Below, one piece after another: positions 51,460 to 64,000 of a DNA stretch of 64,000 nucleotides. Both the position numbers and the translations under genes were made by a program. Positions within the stretch are counted from its first letter, which is position 1. Each line of letters opens with the position of its first letter. This DNA is from Amphiscolops sp. MND2022 (lineage: Eukaryota). The DNA is taken from the NCBI GenBank assembly GCA_964187785.1, contig OZ076409.1:47804001-47868000 (forward strand), in the 5' to 3' direction. Below the pieces are notes generated by a model. It worked only from the letters and a program-made list of their open reading frames with translations, did not search any database and was not told where the DNA came from.

Positions 51460-52437
51460 CAAAAATTTCCCAATTTTCAAAGTTTTTATGCAATTTTTGT
51501 CATTTTTTCGATTGACATCGTGGATTAGAATGTTGAAAACAATCAACAGGGCACGAATTCGTTGCCCAATAGTCTTCTATGAAGAGATAAATGCGGTTTT
51601 TTAAAAGAAAAATAACCAAAAAAAAAAACAAAAATTCCAAAACTTTTGGATTTTTAACGTTTTTATGCAAGTTTTCGTGAAAGTTTCGATAGATTTCGTG
51701 GATTAGAATGTTGAAAACGTTCAACAAGGCAGGAATTCGTTGTCCATTAGGCTTTCTCGAAGAGATAATTGGTATTTTCTAAATGAAAAATATCTCAAAT
51801 TGAAACCCAAAAAGACAAAAAAACCAAAATTTTCCAATTTACGAAGTTTTTATGCTATTTGTTTTCAAATTTTCGACAGACTTCGTAGATTGCAATGTCG
51901 AAAAGAGTGAACAAGGAACACGTTCGTTGTCCTGTAGTCTTTTATGAAGAGATAATTGCGGTTTTCAAATCGAAAAGTACCTCAAATTGGCACCGAAAAA
52001 GACAAAAAAAACCCAAAATTTTCAAACTTTCAAAGTTTTTATGCAGTTTTTGTCAAATTTATGACAGACATCGTGGATTGAAATGTTGAAAAGGGTCAAC
52101 AAGGAAAGAGTTTGTTGTCCAGTAGGCTTTTCCGAAGAGTTAATTGAGGTTTTCAAGTTAAAAAATCTCAAATTGGCACCGAAATAGACAAAAAACCCAG
52201 AATTTTCAAACTTTCAAAGATTTTATGCAGTTTTTCTCAAATTTTTGACAGACTTCGTAGATTAGATTGTTGAAAACACTCAACATGGCAGGAATCCGTT
52301 GTCCAGTAGGTTTTGTCGAAGAGTTAATTGAGGTTTTCAAGTTGCAAAGTATCTCAAATAGGCACCGAAATAGACAAAAAACCCAAAGTTTCAAACTCTC
52401 AAAGATTTTATACAGTTCTTGTCAAATTTATGACAGA
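51460..52437. repeat. Diverged tandem array, ~185-bp unit, about 5 copies
   Basis: Motif cgt(g/a)gatt(a/g)(g/a)aatgttgaaaa recurs at ~51519, 51697, 51884, 52072 and 52256. Confidence 0.85.
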
Positions 52438-53028
52438 ATGAATGAAAAGAGGCATTTTCCAGAATCATCAAAAAAACTCATCAGTTTCAAAGTGTCAACA
52501 GTAACATAACAAAGAGGTCACCTCCAAGACTCGGAAAACTTATTTCTTCTACAGAAAACCTCAAAAACTAAAAGTTTAGAAGAATGTTTTTCGAAAATTG
52601 TCTTGCAAAAGTTTCTCCTCACGCGGTAAATCGCACAGTGCTGAAAACACAAAAAGTGAGCAGCTATTGCAGAAATAATGAATTAGGTGTTGCCTTTAAC
52701 AATGGACTAAGATGAATCAAAGCTTTTTTTCTTCGAACTTTTTTTCATAGTGCTTTGTCCATTCTTGATCCTCAAACTTATATAGTTGTAGAACAGTTTG
52801 GGGCGGAAAATATCTCGCTGCTCCGGGGGCGTCTTGTTTTAAAGACCAATTACGATCGAACAAATGAAATATTGATCGAATCCCTTGAAATAATTGCTGA
52901 GAAGTTGTCGAGTTTTCAAAAATTCTTATTTTGATCTCATCTGATAGAACTTTCAATTGAAACTTGATGTCCAATGGTACATATTGCCCTATATCCGCAC
53001 TCAAGCAAAATCTTTATCCCTCCTTCAG

Positions 53029-53244
53029 ACTACATCCACTCCAAGAAGCGTTTCTCGCAACTCTGCAGCATCCGGTGTGGGGGCTTGTAGTTCATCATCT
53101 GCCGAGGATCCCAACAACCCCAAAACTCGTATAAACATCGTTTTACTGGGCAAAGCAGGCAACGGAAAGAGTTCCTTTGGCAACTTCATACTCAACTCAC
53201 AGGTGTTTTCTATCTCACCAGGAACCGAATGCGAGCTGAAGGAG
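53029..53244 (+). CDS. GIMAP/AIG1-family GTPase exon 2 (G1 P-loop)
   Basis: INIVLLGKAGNGKSSFGNFIL matches the AIG1 G1 consensus; ccttcag acceptor and gttaga donor, phase 0. Confidence 0.85.
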
Positions 53245-54589
53245 GTTAGAAATTTAATTAAGTAGTCGTCACAAAAACTCCCAGTCGATCATCAGGTTTT
53301 GCTAGTTGGAAGTGGTTGACATCAAATTTGGGGAAGTGGCCCATCATTGATTGGAGCGAAATCTCGCTTTCCCCTGAAAGTTGTTCACAATTGATTAAAC
53401 GTTGATGGAGCGTTCCATCAACACTTAGTCATTTCTCAACAACTTTCGGGGGTACCTTGCCGACCGAGTTTGGACAAGCTAAACTTTAATATAAAAAATG
53501 AAATAAAGGAAATTTAAAACCAAAAATTCTTTGATAATCTGGACAATTGCTAAAACGTTGAATAGTCAAAGCATCAAGAACCACTGAAAAAAGTTTTTAT
53601 TACTACTGGGAAAATCCAGTGATAGAGCCTATTAATTAACATTAAGTATGCCCGATTTATAGCTTCAAGAACCCCGTTTCTTGAGTTCTCTTTCGAGGGT
53701 CAGAGAAAGGTGCAAAGAGAACAATTTCACCTTATATAACGCCCGATTACTATTGCTTAACGATCATGAATTATTTCGAAGCCCCCAGTGTTCCAGTGTT
53801 CGAAGCCATGGTATCCTTGCCAACATCTTGCCATTATCTTGACAAATGTTCCATGTATCATGATTTGCAATGATCTTCACAAGGGTACCATGGTTAAACA
53901 TGACTTAGCAAATTAACCATGATCACGGCAATTGCGGCTATCGTGCGGTAATGGAAAGCTGGAGTTCGTAGGCTCAAAGCAAAAACTGGACTAAACATTT
54001 TTTAAACATTTCCGAAGGCAGTTGAGGTCAAAGAATCCCTTTGTGTGTTTTCAGAAACGTGCGTTTTTTTTTCAAAAGACTCTTCGCTGAAGAACCAATG
54101 TTTTTTGTTTATTTTGCATGTTTTTAGTTACGAATAAGCATTTCGCGGGCCTTGGTGCTCCCTGTTTCGCGTTATGGGCAATGTGCGACGTTTTTGACAT
54201 TTAAAAACACTAACATGTTTTCAACAATAGGAACCGCCATCTGAATTCAAAGTCAGAGAGCTGACAGTCGAAATTTATTTCTAAATTTATTGCAGCAAAT
54301 ATATAAACCAATAATTGCTCTTTCAAGAAAAGTCCATTGAAAAACTGCACATTACTTCCGTACTGTTGGATGAAAAAAGAACATCTTCCTAAAATCTTTC
54401 AACTGTTGCAGAACTTTTAGAACTCAAATTGGTAGGTATTTTGAATTTATACAAAATTTATACAATACAAGTCTGAGCTTCTTTGACAATCAAGAACGGG
54501 CACTCTTTTTACTGTAACTTCAAGAACTTGTAACTGACTAATTATTCAGCCAAATGGTGGTACACTTTTTTAAAATTTCCAAGTGAATC

Positions 54590-55390
54590 AAACAAGGCGG
54601 GAACGTCTCAAGTTGGCACTATACATAAGGCGCAAAAAGCTTTTGAAATATGTTAAGGACGTTATGAAAAACTCACAAGTTCCGAAACACCGAGAAGATG
54701 CATTTCGTGCTCGGAAAACCCTTCAGTAGTTCGGATATAGCGTGCTGGAACAAATAAGAGCGCTTGTTTTGAAACATCCGCCTCCTCCATGCTAAATGCA
54801 ATACAGTTCGCATATAATGTCAAAAATTGGTATATAGCGCTTTACTTCGGATTTTACGTCAAAAATTCTGATAGTATTGAAAAAAAATAGTGGATATATA
54901 TTGACAAAACCTAGAATTAAAAAAATGAGAACTTTGAAAAGTCTCATTGTACCAAAAACCTAAAAGTGGAATCTTTGGGAAACGGCGCTATGTTCAAGGT
55001 TCAAAAAGCCCGCGGATTTTAAAAATGTAAAAAAGGGGACCCTTTGGGATTTTTGAGAACCCAGTTTGTTGGAAAATATCAAAAAAATGAAGGAGGGACC
55101 ATTTGGAGGCATTAAAAAAGTTTCAAAAAATTTGACAAAGCTGAAAAAGGGGCGGGGAAAGTTTCAGTGCCAAAAAAAATTGGAAAGGAGGACCCTTTTG
55201 CTTTGGAATGATTTTGTATTTCATGTTAGAGGCTTTTTGGATGCTTTCAAAATCAAGTACTAAGTACTTTTGGTAAAAAAGCATTATGCACAAAAAGTGG
55301 TACATACAGGGTGATCTCTTTGGTCTGACGAAAAAAAACTAGCCACCGTGATAGTAGGGCACTTTTCACTAGAAAAGCGCCGACTAAAAA
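54590..55390 (-). mobile_element. HINE-like element(s)
   Basis: aacaaggcgggaacgtctcaagttggc end and gggcacttttcactagaaaagcgccgactaaaaa end. Confidence 0.6.
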
Positions 55391-56710
55391 GACATGTCTG
55401 GTGATCTAGAAGGTCAGTCTATACGTTCGCCGACATACCAAGAAGGTCGTACTGAAATTGTTCGCTGGAAGGATCATCTAAATATTGAATGTTTTCACGA
55501 AAAGTGTGCGTGCTCGCACTGTCCTAATGAACAATAATCTGTTCTGGGCGAAATCGTCGACCTATCGAATCTTTCTGAAAAATCGATAGAATAGCTGTAT
55601 AGAACCTGTCAAATAACTTTTAAAAAGGTTGAAAGGATAAGGCCCAAAAACTTTTATGTTACTGAAAGCAACTCATTTTGTTAATTTTGTCCAGTCAAAA
55701 GGAGGATTTAATATATCGTATCTTAATTGTAAAAGGGGCCTCCCTAAAACGAGCTTTTTTCTTTGAAACGTTTCAAAGTCCATCCTCATGAAAATTGAAA
55801 AAGTATTCATCTGAGAAAATTGCGTTTCATGGTGGCAACATATAGTCGCCAAATTTCTCGAAAGGAAAGGACAGGAAAGTTTATTTGACTGGATACTTGA
55901 AAATATACACTTTCATCTCAATTTATGGAAGAAAAACTAAATTGACATCCAGCCAGGAGCGAGGATGAGCTTAAGCATCTCTTCTAGCCTCGGCCCTTGA
56001 AAAGAGAGAGAGTTCTTTTTCACAGTCCAATCACGTAGTATTCTATCAGTCTCTCGCTCGAATGATTATTGTTTGTGAAAATTTGGCCTATTTCTTTCTC
56101 TTTGATTCGAAGATGTTCCCTAAAAACATTTCTTTCAATGCTTGCAAGTTGAATTTGTCAGTTTTCGTTCTCGCTGGGCCCGATTTTCTGAAAGTTGATG
56201 GAATATTGAACCAAAGCAATGAAATTTAATAAAAAATCAGTAAACTTTTGACAACGAAATGGTTTTTAGACAGTTTCGCGAAATTATAAATACGATCGTG
56301 TTTGATGTAGCATTTTTACTGAGAATTTTTAAAACTTTCGAAAACCAAAAAAGATGCCAATTCTGGAAAACGGAACAGCCGAAAAAGTAAACTCTATAGT
56401 GGTTTTGATGTTTTGTTTTTGATTTCCCTTTTTCATTTTCGCGCGATCCCTTTTTTATAATTCTGTTATGTCATCACGAGATATTTCTTGGAATTTAGCT
56501 GTGTTTCAAGGAATCATCCCCAACTACCAAGCGTTGCTGGTATTTTGTACGTATCTCAGCCTGGTTTTCGGATACAGAACTGTCGTTGATACAGAACTGT
56601 TTAGCCACCATGTAGAACACGATCAAATAACAAATAAACTATCAATGAAATATTTCTTTTCAACTTCAATTTTGTCGAACCTGGGTCACCAAAGACATGA
56701 TCACTTTAGA

Positions 56711-58997
56711 TGTTGACATGGAACTCAGTAATACGTTCAGTGAAAACAATACGGAGGATAATTGTAAATTGATGATAAAATAGAATGTTTGAATGCTGTC
56801 TCTTTTTAAAATTAGGCTCAAGACAAATGACGCTCAGCTTAGGCCGAAGCTTAACAATGTTACTGGTACTTATTTACAAACTGCTTGCTCATTTCACCTC
56901 TATCACAATCCCCGTTTTTAATTATGAGGTACATACACACAGACGAATAAGTCATTACTTCAGACGAATACCAGGCCTCCCCTTCATTTTTGTCAAGTTT
57001 CTCAGCGATCATGTCTATTGAATGCTCTAAAATAGGCATTTGGTATTTGTCTTCAGCCATGGCTGATTTAACACTCTCGCGTCTAAGGCATTTTTCACAG
57101 ACTTGTCCTTCTTGACAGTTATTACTGTTGGCTGAATAAATACATCGTTTTGAATTTCACCTACTTTATCAATATGCTTCCATTAACAGCTTTTTAATTT
57201 CTTCATCTACTTGATTTTGTAACTGAATTGGTATTCAGCGTCCCTTTTGCTGGGTAATTTTCGCATTGTTATTTATTCTAATTTGATTTCGTAATTTTTC
57301 ACGCAACCTTTTTTCTTAAACGATTTTGAAAATTTTCGTACTAATTGCTGAACCTCGGGACTTTCCTTTTCTTTTGGACGATGCTCACATAGGGGTTCTT
57401 TACAATTGACACATTGTTTGTTTATTTTACACTCACTTCTTTCTATTGGCTGCGTAATTTTATAGCAGAGAGCAACTAGCCAATCACGGCCACAATTGGT
57501 TTTGCCAGAATTTGGCGCAACTAAGACTCTTGCTTTTGATACAGTTACTCCCGCTACTTCAAATCGTACAAATTGATAGCCCAAAAGCTCCAGTGGCTTG
57601 TTATGGTCGACGTAGCGTTCATCCTCGATTATGTCTCTTATCACTACTTTTCTTTCGCCCACGATTTTTTTGCAAGTCTTGTATTGTGAAACTAGAGACT
57701 GGGGAACCCGTTTCGTTGATTGCTTTGAAATAGTTTCCGCACTAATCGCACTATTTATTCCTTTCCATGTACAACTGTTTGCATCCTTCTCCGTCTACTC
57801 GTAACACTAGTTGCTCTTCGTGTTCTTCGAATTCTTTTTCATCAGGTTCTTCAATGTAATTTACTCTGCGCATATTCTTGGCATTGTCGCAATTTTTAGT
57901 CGCTGCATCATCCCTATATGCCTCTGCGGGAATTTCTTGTTACATCATTTCTCTACGTGACCGATTCGTTCACATAATTTACAACGGTGATTAGTGGCCA
58001 TGCAGAAAATCACATGCTCTATTGTCAAATTAGCTTCCCCACGTCTGTAACTCTCCCTGGGTTTAGTCTTTTCCACGGCAAAGGACGGTTTACTTTTTAT
58101 AGTTGTTTTCACTGATTCAGGAGCTTGCGATCCATTCACTTTTTGTCTCCTCATTCCTTCCTCCAATGCAATTGCGATTTCCAACACCTTATCAGGCTCC
58201 TTATGTTCGGTATATAACTTCTTCTGTACTTTTCTGTTAGCCATATGAAGGATAAAGGGTTAAGGGATGGAAAAGGGAAGGATGACAAGAACTATTGTAG
58301 TTGTTATGTCCCCAAAATCACACATTGCCGCAAGTCCATTTATTGCGTTCCAGAATTGAAAGAGTTTCGTCAGGTTGTTGAAGCCTTGAAAAAAAACGAT
58401 GCCAATCTAGGCTTCGGTTTTTTTATGCGAAAACACTCGTTGCATAAGTTAATTAACACTTGGGCTTTCAAATCACATAACACCGTAGTTTTATATTTGT
58501 ACATGAGCTGTTTCCTCGCTGCCTCGCCCAATGACAAGTACATCTCGCTAATGACTTTCTTTTTCTTTCTTCATCGAGATCCCCCAGCAATGTACGAATC
58601 CTGGGGTTCTGCTGAGTTGTTTCCCGGGTCAGCTCGGTGATTGAAATCAAATATTTAGCCATCATGGTTACCTGTAAAAAACGAGCCACATGTCCCAATC
58701 CATTGGGGGGTTAGAAGCCGCATCATTCCAGAACACACCACAAGATGTGATGAAGATGATGTTTGGGCACTTGAAGAACTTTCGGCTCGCAGCGCCATGT
58801 TGGCATGGAACTCAGTAATTTGAAGTGAAAACAATACGGAGGATAATTGTAAATTGATGATAAAATAGAATGTTTGAATGCTGTCTCTTTTTAAAATTAG
58901 GTTCAAGGCAAATGACGCTCAGCTTAGGCCGAAGCTTAACATTGTTACTGGTACTTATTTACAAACATAACTGCTTGCTCATTTCATCTCTATCACA
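56711..58997 (-). mobile_element. Internally deleted, decayed small Gypsy-like LTR retrotransposon with ~200-bp LTRs
   Basis: LTRs 56711-56907 and 58798-58997 (TGT..ACA); PBS TGGCGCTGCGAGC (tRNA-Ser-like); PPT AAAAACGGGGA; broken gag (CKLCERIGH), protease-region and RT-start (KYQMP..AWYSS) remnants. Confidence 0.85.
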
Positions 58998-59557
58998 GTA
59001 GGGTTGCTTTGGAAAACCAAGTAGTGTTTTTTGGCGTGAATCTTTTGATAGTGCGTATGAAATTATGATGAGCATGAGTGCAAAAAGGAGAAAACGATTC
59101 CACTATTGTATCTCCAAAAATCAGTTAATTGTAAAATTTTATGCATTGTCAACGCATGCGCAAATCTCATTTTGGATTGTTTTTGAAAAGTAACTTTTCT
59201 AAAAGATAGTATCTTCGGCTTTCAGTTATGTCAATTATCAACACTTTTCTTCCCAGAGGGATTTCAAACTTGGAACGAAAATAGTCCACCCAACGCTCAG
59301 GTTTCGAAAACTAAACATTGGGTTGTGAATCAAAATAAAATCTGTTTTTCAGATTTGCTTTTGATTTCGACATTGTTCAGAACTTTTTCTAAAAGCTCAA
59401 GCGGTAGGGTATGAGATGAATCATTTCAGTTTCTATCAAGAAATAAAATGAAACAAGTATCTGCTTATGTTTGATCTCAAGTCATTTGAACTTTTGGGCC
59501 TTACTACATTGCGCATGATTGAAATGAACTCTTTCTTTCTTCTCTGTTGCTTTAAAG

Positions 59558-59821
59558 CTGGAGACGCACTCAGTGATAGTTCGCATCCTTGACACCCCTG
59601 GACTGCTGGGTATGGACACGGACAGTGTCTCTACTCTACGGGCAGTGGGGGTGGAGATCATGAGACACATGGGTACCGTGCACGCATTTGTGTTTGTGCT
59701 CAGGTCAGACACATTCATCTCAAGAGAGGACCTGGACTGTTTCAACGTGTACAAGTCGTTCTTCGGAGACGTCCTAACCAACCACACTCTCATCGCTTTT
59801 TCCAGAGTTGACAACCTCAAG
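59558..59821 (+). CDS. GIMAP/AIG1-family GTPase exon 3 (G3 DTPG)
   Basis: VRILDTPGL...VHAFVFVLRSDTFISREDL...FFGDVLTNHTLIAFSRVD; phase 0 at both ends; downstream exons not found in the window. Confidence 0.85.
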
Positions 59822-60004
59822 GTGAGAGTCACGTGATCACACACATTTTGTAACTAGGGTGAAGTTGACAGGGAAATGAATTGCAACTAGTTGATTCTCA
59901 AGTTGAAGGTTTATACTTCTTCATTTGGACTGATCTTCTATTAATTTTGAATAAATTTTCCTAGTAAATTTTAGACTGATTTCCTATCGATTTACAATTT
60001 AGCT

Positions 60005-62212
60005 GTTTTTATTCGGCGCTTTTCTTAAGAAAAGAGTCGATTATAGTCATGTCTTTTCGTCTTTTCGTCAGTTTTTTCGATACACCTGAACTGTCCAAAA
60101 TAGTTCTACCAAAAGTTCTACCCTTCAATTTTGGCAATGTCCCTTTTGACAATTTACATACTACTTTTGAACAGTAAAGGAGTCCCCTTCGACAATAACA
60201 AAGCCTATACCGGGTTTAACAAGAACCGGATATAACGGGAGATAACATATACCGGATATAACGAAACCGGATATAACGTTTTTTGAGAAATTTTCAGTTA
60301 CAAAAGGGTCCCTTTTTCAATTTTTACGATATTGAAAGTTGGTACAAAATCATTTGAAGCCCAAGGGTCCACCCTTTGGATTTTTTGGGCAAACCGGATT
60401 TATTGCAAACCGGATATAACGAATACAGAAACAAGCCGGGACCGGCCCAAGTCGGCGCCATATCTAAGGCTCAAAAACAGCAAAAGGACTTCCAAGTGTC
60501 AAGTATTCTTTTACAGTACTCGAAATTTTGAAAAAAATTACTAACTAAAAATGGACCGAGTGGCGCGCTAAAGTCTCACAATGCCGAAAAACTGAAAGGG
60601 GGGACCCTTTGAGGTTTTTCAACATCCATTCTGTCGCAAAACATGAAAAAATTGAAGAAATTTTTTTTATCTTCGGGAAAAAATCTCACAGTGCCGAAAA
60701 AAACTGAAAGGGGGAACCCTTTGGGATTTTCCAACATCCATTCTGTCGCAAAACATCGAAAAAATGCAGGGGGGACCCTTTGGGGAAAAAATTCCGAAAA
60801 AAAATTCCGAAAAAAAATGTCTCGCAGTGCCGAAAAAAATTGAAAGGGGGGACTCTTTGGTCTCGCCCGGTATGGTATGTTACGCGGAAAAAGAGGTAAA
60901 ACCATTTTGGTTCAGTTCGCTAGGCCAAATAGTGCAATTTGGTGCAATAATATTTTGTAGAACTTTTAAGAACTATTTTGGTCAGTTTGTGTGGATAGAA
61001 AAAAGTCACTATAATAGTCGCGTTTCACTTCATGAAGCGCCGACTAAAAAACGTACAGTCCTGTGATAAACGAATGGAACCCCTAATTGGTAATAATGTT
61101 TGGAACACTTTATTTTTTCATTTTCTTGACCATATCTCTAAAACTATTGATTTTCAAGAGAAATGTCTTTGATGAAAGTTTCTTGAAAATAATCTAGTTT
61201 AGATTCACGTTTGTTTGAAACTTCTATGACAAATAACCCTCAACACCTTTCTATGTAACATTTCGTTCTCAAGCCATGTTTTTAATTTTTCTTTAATTTA
61301 CGAACAGTTTTCATTAGTTTTTGTTTTTCTGTCGATTCACCACTGTCCACTGATTGCACTGTCAAAATTTGACGCACTTAGTATTTAAAGCTCCGAAGAA
61401 AATTGATAATCTTCACTGAAGTAATTCCGGTCTTTTTAGGGTTGGGTATAGACTTGAGACTTATAGATATGTGATTACACCCTTACATGTACACACAAGG
61501 GTAGTAAAAATATTCGACCGTGATTAGCGAATGATGGGCAGCTTGAACCAAATGAAAAAGCAAAAAATGACTTGCTTCTGCTCCTAATTGTGACTAGGCA
61601 ACTGAAAAATCCAATGTTTTACATGCAAAGAGTAGTATTTCCTAACTTTTCTCAAACTTGTGTTAAGACTTCCAAAAAAAAGGAATGTAAACTAGACAAA
61701 AATCCAAGAAACTTTTGTTTTCATCATATTTTAGAAAATAAGAGAGTTTTTGAAAAATTTGCAAACATTTTGGGCGTTCCAATCCTAATTACGAAACAGG
61801 AGTTCCATTCCTTTATCACGGGACTGTATATCGGATACAACGTTTCGTGTGGAATTTTTCAATGATACAAAAATGTCCCCCCCCCCTGTTTGATTTTTAG
61901 GATATTTAGAGTTGATAAAAATCATTTGAAGCAAAAGGGTCTCTCTTTTGGTTTTTTTTTGTACTGTGAGACGTTATTCTTTGTCTATTTAACCGAATAG
62001 TTGTTTCTTCCTCAATAATTTATCAAACTTTTTAAATGATATTTTGACTCGCTTTTTCGAAACTTTCATTTGGTCAAAGGCTACCCTCCCGCTTTTATGG
62101 CGGAAATTCAGCTTCAGAAAAGGTAGGTTTTTTTTGAAAACTTTTGTTTTAATGACCTTTGCATTATCAAGAAACTTGAGCGGGGCATCGACTTGGGCCG
62201 GCCCCGGCTTGT
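60005..62212. mobile_element. HINE-like element containing an oppositely oriented copy (~60429-61050)
   Basis: Outer ends gtttttattcggcgcttttc..gaaaagagtcga and cgacttgggccggccccggcttgtt; the inner copy has the same ends as 30716-31289. Confidence 0.55.
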
Positions 62213-64000
62213 TATAGACTGCTGTTTTTTATCAAATTATTTTGTTTATCGACAAAATGGAATTACAACAGGAAGTTTCGAACTAAATGTCACAGCCAGC
62301 TCCCGGCTGTTGTTACTTTAAACGCGATTGCTTCGGATAACTATACTGTTGTGAACCAATTGGAATGCTTTTTGTGACGTCATCAAGACAGCTATGCTAG
62401 CGATACGTTATTATTTGGAATGATTTCGTGACGTCACTAGTTAGATAATTGGAGTGATTTTCTAACGCTCGCCGTAACGTCTCCGTCACGCCTTGGTCAG
62501 CTATACCTAATCTCATTACGTACGGAGACGTTACGGAGCGAATTGTAAGATTGTAGCAGCCAGAAATGCATTGTAAGGGCAACGTCACATGAATGGATAT
62601 TTTCTTTTGAATTAAGTTTATTCTAATGTTTTCATAGAGTGTTTTGTATTTATACTATGTCAATCAATGTAATAACGTGTTTATGTCATTAACTGATGTT
62701 CAGAATACTATTTCCAAAGTGTGGATTTTGTTGACCGAAAGGTCTCGATTCTATCAGCATTTATGTAGTTGAATACTTAAGTAGACGTAACTGCATCGTT
62801 TTAAGTTTGTACTTTTATTGAACTTTGTAACTGGAATGTTATTTCGGCATCATTTGGTTCTTTTTATCAGCGTTCAGATATTTCCGTTCTCGAATTTATT
62901 TGCTCTGTTCAACTTGCGTTGCCATTTTCGCGAGTCATACTTTTGTCTTGAATTCATTATTCCTTAGTTGGAAAGTTGACTTAAAGGTTCACATCTGCGT
63001 GCTTTCTTCGTTAGAAAGTTATCTAGACTCTTATTTTGCCGCCATTTTGACGCTCAAACAGGAAATGTACCGGTTTGAACAAGTATAATTTCAACAATCG
63101 TGACGCAGAGTTGACGTAACTTGGATTTTCGATACCTGAATTATAGACGCCGGACTGAAATGATATGAATCAACTGGGTTTTTGTATGAACAAACCCGAT
63201 TTTTATGATACCTAGGAAGTTTTAGGTGAAGAACAGATGATGCTAGGAAGGTATAAATATGTTGGTTTTGTAAATTAAATTAGTTAGTTAATAGTGATCA
63301 TTGTTGCACTGTTTCACACCGTTGTTAAAACTATTTTCTTTTGGAAATTCGAATTCTTTCAAATTCCTTGTCTCAACTCAAATATGAAAACCCGAAGTCA
63401 GAAAAGCCTGAAAATATATTCATTGCACCCACATCTACTTCCATAAGAACCAAAACGACTACCCAAAATAACACTCCGTTAGGTAGTCGTAACACTGAAT
63501 AAACGCCGATAGGCTTTTCTGGTTTCAAAAGTATTTTGAAGAATGGAACCCATATCTATTACACAAAGTTTCATCATATCATCGTTAATTTCAGCGAGAT
63601 TTGGCGAAGTACAGTTTGAGCACTGAAGATTACTTCCGGTTGGCTCCTCAAAGAGTGAGAAACATCTTGGACGAGGTGAATTCTTTTCAATTTTACTGCT
63701 ATCGACTTCAGATGCCAAAAATATGCCCTGGTTTTTAGGCGGTATTCTGATTTTTTTTCGAAGGGGATACAGTTCATGTTTGGAAACTGCTTTCGATTTC
63801 GATTAACAATATGTAGTGTAGTTTAAATAATATGAATCGTGTAAGTCGAATGTGATCTTTGTGTGAATCTATACATTCGGCGTAAGTTGGTCCTCTTAAT
63901 AAGATTTAAAAAAAATCAAAATAATCCGAGTGCTGTAGTACTAAAGTAGTCGTCTTAGACTTTTTCGACTGCAATGCTTGAAAACTTTCAAAACACTAAA

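Overview
Repeat-rich, AT-rich animal genomic DNA with spliceosomal introns and one 200-N gap. The repeat style is reminiscent of an acoel such as Symsagittifera, but that is only a guess. The main feature is a 15.7-kb minus-strand Ty3/Gypsy LTR retrotransposon (11609-27273) with ~1.48-kb TG..CA LTRs, an AGAAT target-site duplication, a tRNA PBS and a UUUAAAC -1 gag/pol frameshift. Its architecture is unusual in three ways. (1) Gag starts ~570 nt inside the LTR. (2) A ~6.6-kb accessory module between pol and the 3' LTR holds a six-exon ANTISENSE gene (~1,110 aa, C2H2/BED-like finger, hAT-transposase-like features). (3) The same module holds a divergent 379-aa non-env sense ORF, and the two genes share a putative bidirectional promoter. 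The 3' end of the element plus flank is tandemly duplicated, giving a third LTR. The element lies in an apparent 22-kb intron of a minus-strand ankyrin-repeat host gene. The window also has a plus-strand GIMAP/AIG1-family GTPase gene, a 2.05-kb solo LTR, a small deleted Gypsy, a decayed LINE, nested Helentron-type (HINE-like) elements, CMC-, MULE- and hAT-like MITEs, and a ~185-bp tandem array.
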